Part shown: positions 63,721 through 64,000 of the stretch, piece after piece
Layout: each line of letters opens with the position of its first letter
Numbering within the stretch: position 1 is the stretch's first letter
Source of the DNA: the human T2T-CHM13v2.0 reference genome, Homo sapiens
Assembly (NCBI RefSeq): GCF_009914755.1
Contig: NC_060942.1
Reading direction: 5' to 3' (one strand)
Length of the DNA stretch: 64,000 nucleotides
Program-made: the position numbers and the translations under genes
The notes under the pieces: generated by a model
What the model saw: only the letters and a program-made list of their open reading frames with translations
The model's database searches: none
Told to the model about the DNA's origin: nothing

Positions 63721-64000
63721 AAAATATATATATACATCATCTGAATTATGGAAAATAGCCCTTCTTTTCAGAACAAGCAAAGTTTTTAAATTCTGTGATT
63801 TCTTTATTTCTATTTTTAATATTTTTGCTGAGGGAAAAATTGACTGCATTAGTGTATAGTTTGATACATGCTTATTAATGTAATATTCATGTGTCTGCCA
63901 CCCAGATAAGAAACAGATCAGTTCCATTACCCTAGCATGCACATTTTTCCTCCTTTCCAGATATACTCCCTTCCAAAGGTAACCCCTATTTTGACTGTAA

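Overview
AT-rich, repeat-dense primate genomic DNA, almost certainly human: it carries an AluYa5 with all five diagnostic positions. It reads as intergenic or deep-intronic sequence. I recognise no protein-coding exon, rRNA, tRNA or CRISPR array, and the long ORFs in the track come from L1, Alu, Tigger, ERVL or simple repeats. Well over half the window is transposon-derived. There are 11 Alus (J, S, Y, Ya5) and a near-full-length L1PA7/8-type element inside a MER6. There are also a twin-primed inverted L1PA, several old L1M pieces, Charlie1 and Tigger1 DNA transposons, a two-LTR ERVL remnant (integrase and dUTPase), a THE1D element with both LTRs, several solo LTRs, MIR/L2 fragments and a decayed U6 snRNA copy. 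The most unusual signal is a recurrent set of short, locally templated copies: a 72-bp direct copy, a 41-bp inverted copy, a 32-bp Tigger1 piece pasted into an Alu, and patchworks of small inverted repeats. These look like fossil DNA-repair scars. Subfamily names come from recalled consensus sequences, and boundaries of old repeats are approximate (about +/-20-50 bp). I found no convincing new gene system.
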